Below are positions 60,421 through 64,000 of a DNA stretch of 64,000 nucleotides, piece by piece. The stretch comes from Raillietiella orientalis (Eukaryota). Under the pieces are notes generated by a model. That model was not told the origin of the DNA, ran no database searches, and saw only the letters and a program-made list of their open reading frames with translations. Position 1 is the first letter of the stretch, and the number at the start of each line of letters is the position of its first letter. Where the stretch lies: NCBI GenBank assembly GCA_036172245.1, contig JAYWIR010000008.1, positions 3,100,001 to 3,164,000 of the forward strand. Direction: 5' to 3'. Made by a program: the position numbers and the translations under genes.

Positions 60421-61149
60421 GCCTGAAAAAAAGAAAGAAAAAAACTGGAAGGAGAACAGCAAAATAGAACAACCGAAAAGGAGTTCCACCATCCAGCTGG
60501 ACATAATGGCAAAGAGAAGTTCCACGGGACCTCCCTGCGATCGGAACTAAATGTGACGTGTCTCTTGCCAGAGGGTCGATTTCATTCGAGTGAAGCCCTC
60601 GACCAGGAGCCTAGCGTCCATTCTCCAGGAACACCGATCCAATACCAGGGTTGAGTGAGCAGTGGTTCATTGATGCGAGCTTGATTTGGAAATCTGCTGC
60701 AAGGCTGCCTACAGGAGGCAGAAACGATCGCGAAGGTTTCGCTGTATGCTTGATAAATCCCGTACACCGTTTTTCTGAATATGGTCAAACCACTGGTGGA
60801 GCTTGGAAAGCTAAGATCGGATTGTCACCGGACTATCGAATGAAACAGACTGCCTTAAGATAAGAAAGCATCTTCCAGAACTTTCTCGCTCTCAGAGACG
60901 CCGCTTTTTCGGTTTATATTTTTTCATAATTGTATATTAGTACAATCATGAAATTTAAACTTTTAAATCTTTAATGGACGAAGTGCAACACTATGAAAAC
61001 CATTAGCTGAACCAAGGAGAATGGCCATCATAAAGAGATGCCTACAGAAAATAAAGTGTGCACACACGATATACAGTTACTACAAGAAGAAATGGAATTT
61101 GATGAACATCCTGGGCATACCCGTAAGGTTAGGATCTCTGTACTCATTG

Positions 61150-62480
61150 GATCCCATCACAGTAGGGTCTGAGCAGCCTAAAGCATCTGCTATATAGGGT
61201 GTTTTTTTCATAGCAGCTGCCAGTTGGATCCCTAATTTTGACTTCACGCCGGAATTTTCTTGTCACAGCTTTTCGGTATATTTTCCAGAAAATCGGATGC
61301 TGCTCCATCTACAGGTGGTAACCCCCTTGCCACCACATTCGGTGTTCACGCCTTTTATCGTTCGAGTCTTAAAGGTATGTGACTAAGCGAACGTTTAGGA
61401 TACACCATTGGTTCTTGAGATCGATCTTTCTGAGCCACCAGTATTCTCAAGGTCATCCCAAAACAGATCCTCTCTTCTCGGATTTAAACCCAAGTTCTTC
61501 CAAAATTAATTCACTCCCAAACAAAAGGCTCCAACTCTTCTCATAATTTTGACCTAGTAAACAGCTGATTTTTCACACACGCAGTGTCGTCTTTATGATG
61601 ATCATTGGTTGGAATGCATCCATGTTTTATACAATGTACAGTATATCAAAGTGAGAGAGAAAATGAGTTGTTCTTCACCGAATTTCCATATAAGAGCTAT
61701 AAAGAAAATGCTTCTTGTTGTTCATGTCTTTTTGTATGTTTCCATCAATTTTGATCCCATTAGCAAAAATTATGCAATATTTCAAAGACTCATCCTTAAT
61801 TGTGTTTTATTTCAGAGAGCCTATCCACTCACTACCTATCCTTTCATGTTTTGAAAAGCTAAAGAATATTGGCCTAAGAGCACTTGTTACCATGATGTCC
61901 CTTACTATGTTCCAAAGGTACGAAATTCGTTCTCCAAACATGCTAAATCATGTCTTTTGCAAATACAGTATTCTTTGCCTGCTTTCTTGTTTTTTGAAGA
62001 GCTGTACTTCTGTTTGCTGCATATTGTGGAACACCTCCATGCATCTAAACAAGACATCCAAATTCAGTCATTTTGTTCGTTGCCAGTGGTGTATTTCTTT
62101 CCAAATACTCTGGGTTTGCTAACATCATCCTAACACGCTGCAATTGAGTCTTCATGTTCTGTTTCACGCTTAAATTGCATTGCATTGCATTGTCGCTGTT
62201 ACGCATCTTTTTTTTACACGGGAATTTCAGCCTTCAAAGCAGAATTGACTATCTTCCGCTACATATCTGCAGCATCATGAATGATCTCTGTACACCCTCT
62301 TGAAAATTTTTCCCACAGTTTTTATGACTTGGTTTTTAGGCACGAATTCATGTAGTACATCCAGCTGCATTGTGCTCACACATCACAATGTTTTTTTTTT
62401 TTCCAGTTTATAAGACACAGTAGCCAAGTCCAGAAGTTTCAGGTAGAACGGAAATTGGACAGAAGTAAGGAAGGTCATTA
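61150..62480 (-). mobile_element. MULE transposase remnant
   Basis: IAxFLLMGSKLMETYKK, TRTIKGVN (RTNN-like) and HPIFWKI in the order expected for MULE; many stops. Confidence 0.45.
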
Positions 62481-64000
62481 TTTAAAGTTTCTTGATACTG
62501 TAAGAGTTTCTAATGATAAAAAATAATACTATATTTCAAGGAACTCGACAACAGGTTTTAAAAAAAAAACTCAGGGAAACATTATTTTATTTGAATCATT
62601 GTTGCAAAATTGTCGGTTTCATTCTATTAATTACTGCCAGTCTACTGTCAAGTAATTTTATTGCAAACTTTACTGTATAGGTCATTACTACTTTAAACTT
62701 CTATTATGTTACCAAAGGGAGATTATAAATATTATAGTTTGTAAATCTTGTAGCTACGAAATAATAAGTTCCTTATTGGAAACTGGAAAAAATAGGATGG
62801 ATGTGGGGCTTTAAATTTTTATCTAATTTGTGTTTCCAAATAGCCCATTAAAGGATAGTTTTAAGATAATTCCGTATTTTGTTCCTGCTAATACAAGCTC
62901 CTTTGGTTTCTGTGAATTGCTGTTCTAAAAACATCCAAAAATTCCTTTTTAAGTGATCATGTTTCTCATCTATATTTTGATGAGAGACTCGATCTAACGT
63001 GCGTGGCCAGGATGTTCATTTCATTCCGTTTCTTCTTGTCGCAACTGTAAAACACACTTTGTGCACACTTTATTTTCTTCATGATGGCCATCCTTCTTGG
63101 TTCAACTAATGCTTCTCATAATGATGGACTTCATCCATTAAATTAGATTTTATAGAATTGATGGCTGGTCAGTAGGCCAGTCAACAATTCTGCAATCAGT
63201 TATTTAATGACTCCACATTCGTATGGAAAATTTAGTCTTTACAATCAGTATTCAGAGTATTTGCTTTTAAATCATTCTGACTATAATTTTGTGCTTAATT
63301 ATTTATGCCTTATTAAGCTCAGTTATTTTTATTTAACCTCACAGTTTGTAAAGCATTCTTAAGTTCACTGACGTTTTAGGTGGGGTTTTGGAAGAGACAT
63401 GTATATAGGTTTCTAGCTTAATTTATAGCTTATCTAGTTTTATTAATTTATATCTAGTTTATAGCTTAATTTATTGTTTCATCAGTTAGTCGATTACATT
63501 ATACTTGATGCCTTTACAATACAGATGAATAGTGGTCATGTAAAAAAAAAAAAAAATCAGTTTCAGAAATGCAAAAAAAAAAAGTCGTGCATTATATTTT
63601 TTAAATGAATCAAATATCGTGCTGACCAAACGCTGCTTAAAGTATACAAAACACGTTAATTCATTCCGTCTTCTCATCAAACTAAGATTAATAATTAATG
63701 CACAAGTAGTCATATCTCTGGAATAAAGGGAGAAAAAGTCGGTCGAGTTGGTTGCACTAGTTAGCCGGAAAAAAATCTTCAGAAGGAATGTGCTAACGAT
63801 TGCTCCAACGGGGTATACGTTTTTACATTTTCCTGCATTTCGTAATTTCGGCATCCCTTTTAGTAATATTTTGTTAATAAATCTCCCATGAAACGTGGGA
63901 ATCAATCTGTTGCGGTAAAGCGTGAAGAAATAACTGTGGCTTTCTCATTCTCGCTGGTGCATTGAATTTTTTTTTTTTTTTTTTCTTCTTCCCATCTCAA

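Noticed and set aside
62500..64000. ORFs in the AT-rich end
   Set aside because: Low-complexity, no motifs; likely non-coding.

Overview
Eukaryotic, probably animal, repeat-dense DNA. Two intact host genes with tiny 40-85 nt introns sit among decayed transposons: a minus-strand coiled-coil gene (about 4.0-6.7 kb) and an ODAD1/CCDC114/CCDC63-like outer-dynein-arm docking gene (26288-28393). Most of the window consists of fragments of an L1/Tx1-like LINE group that ends in AATAAA plus a short hairpin instead of poly(A). Also present are R2/NeSL-like remnants, a three-copy tRNA-SINE-like repeat, and MULE-, hAT- and LTR-like relics. Two things stand out. (1) An older LINE lineage, seen in about 7-9 diverged copies, continues past the usual ORF2 end into a multi-RING-finger (E3 ligase-like) region that lies inside the element. 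(2) A near-complete endogenous CRESS-DNA virus genome (rep plus convergent cap, about 2.4 kb, 21435-23900) is inserted in the endonuclease region of a LINE. All assignments come from manual translation and motif recognition; no database searches were run, and boundaries of decayed elements are approximate.
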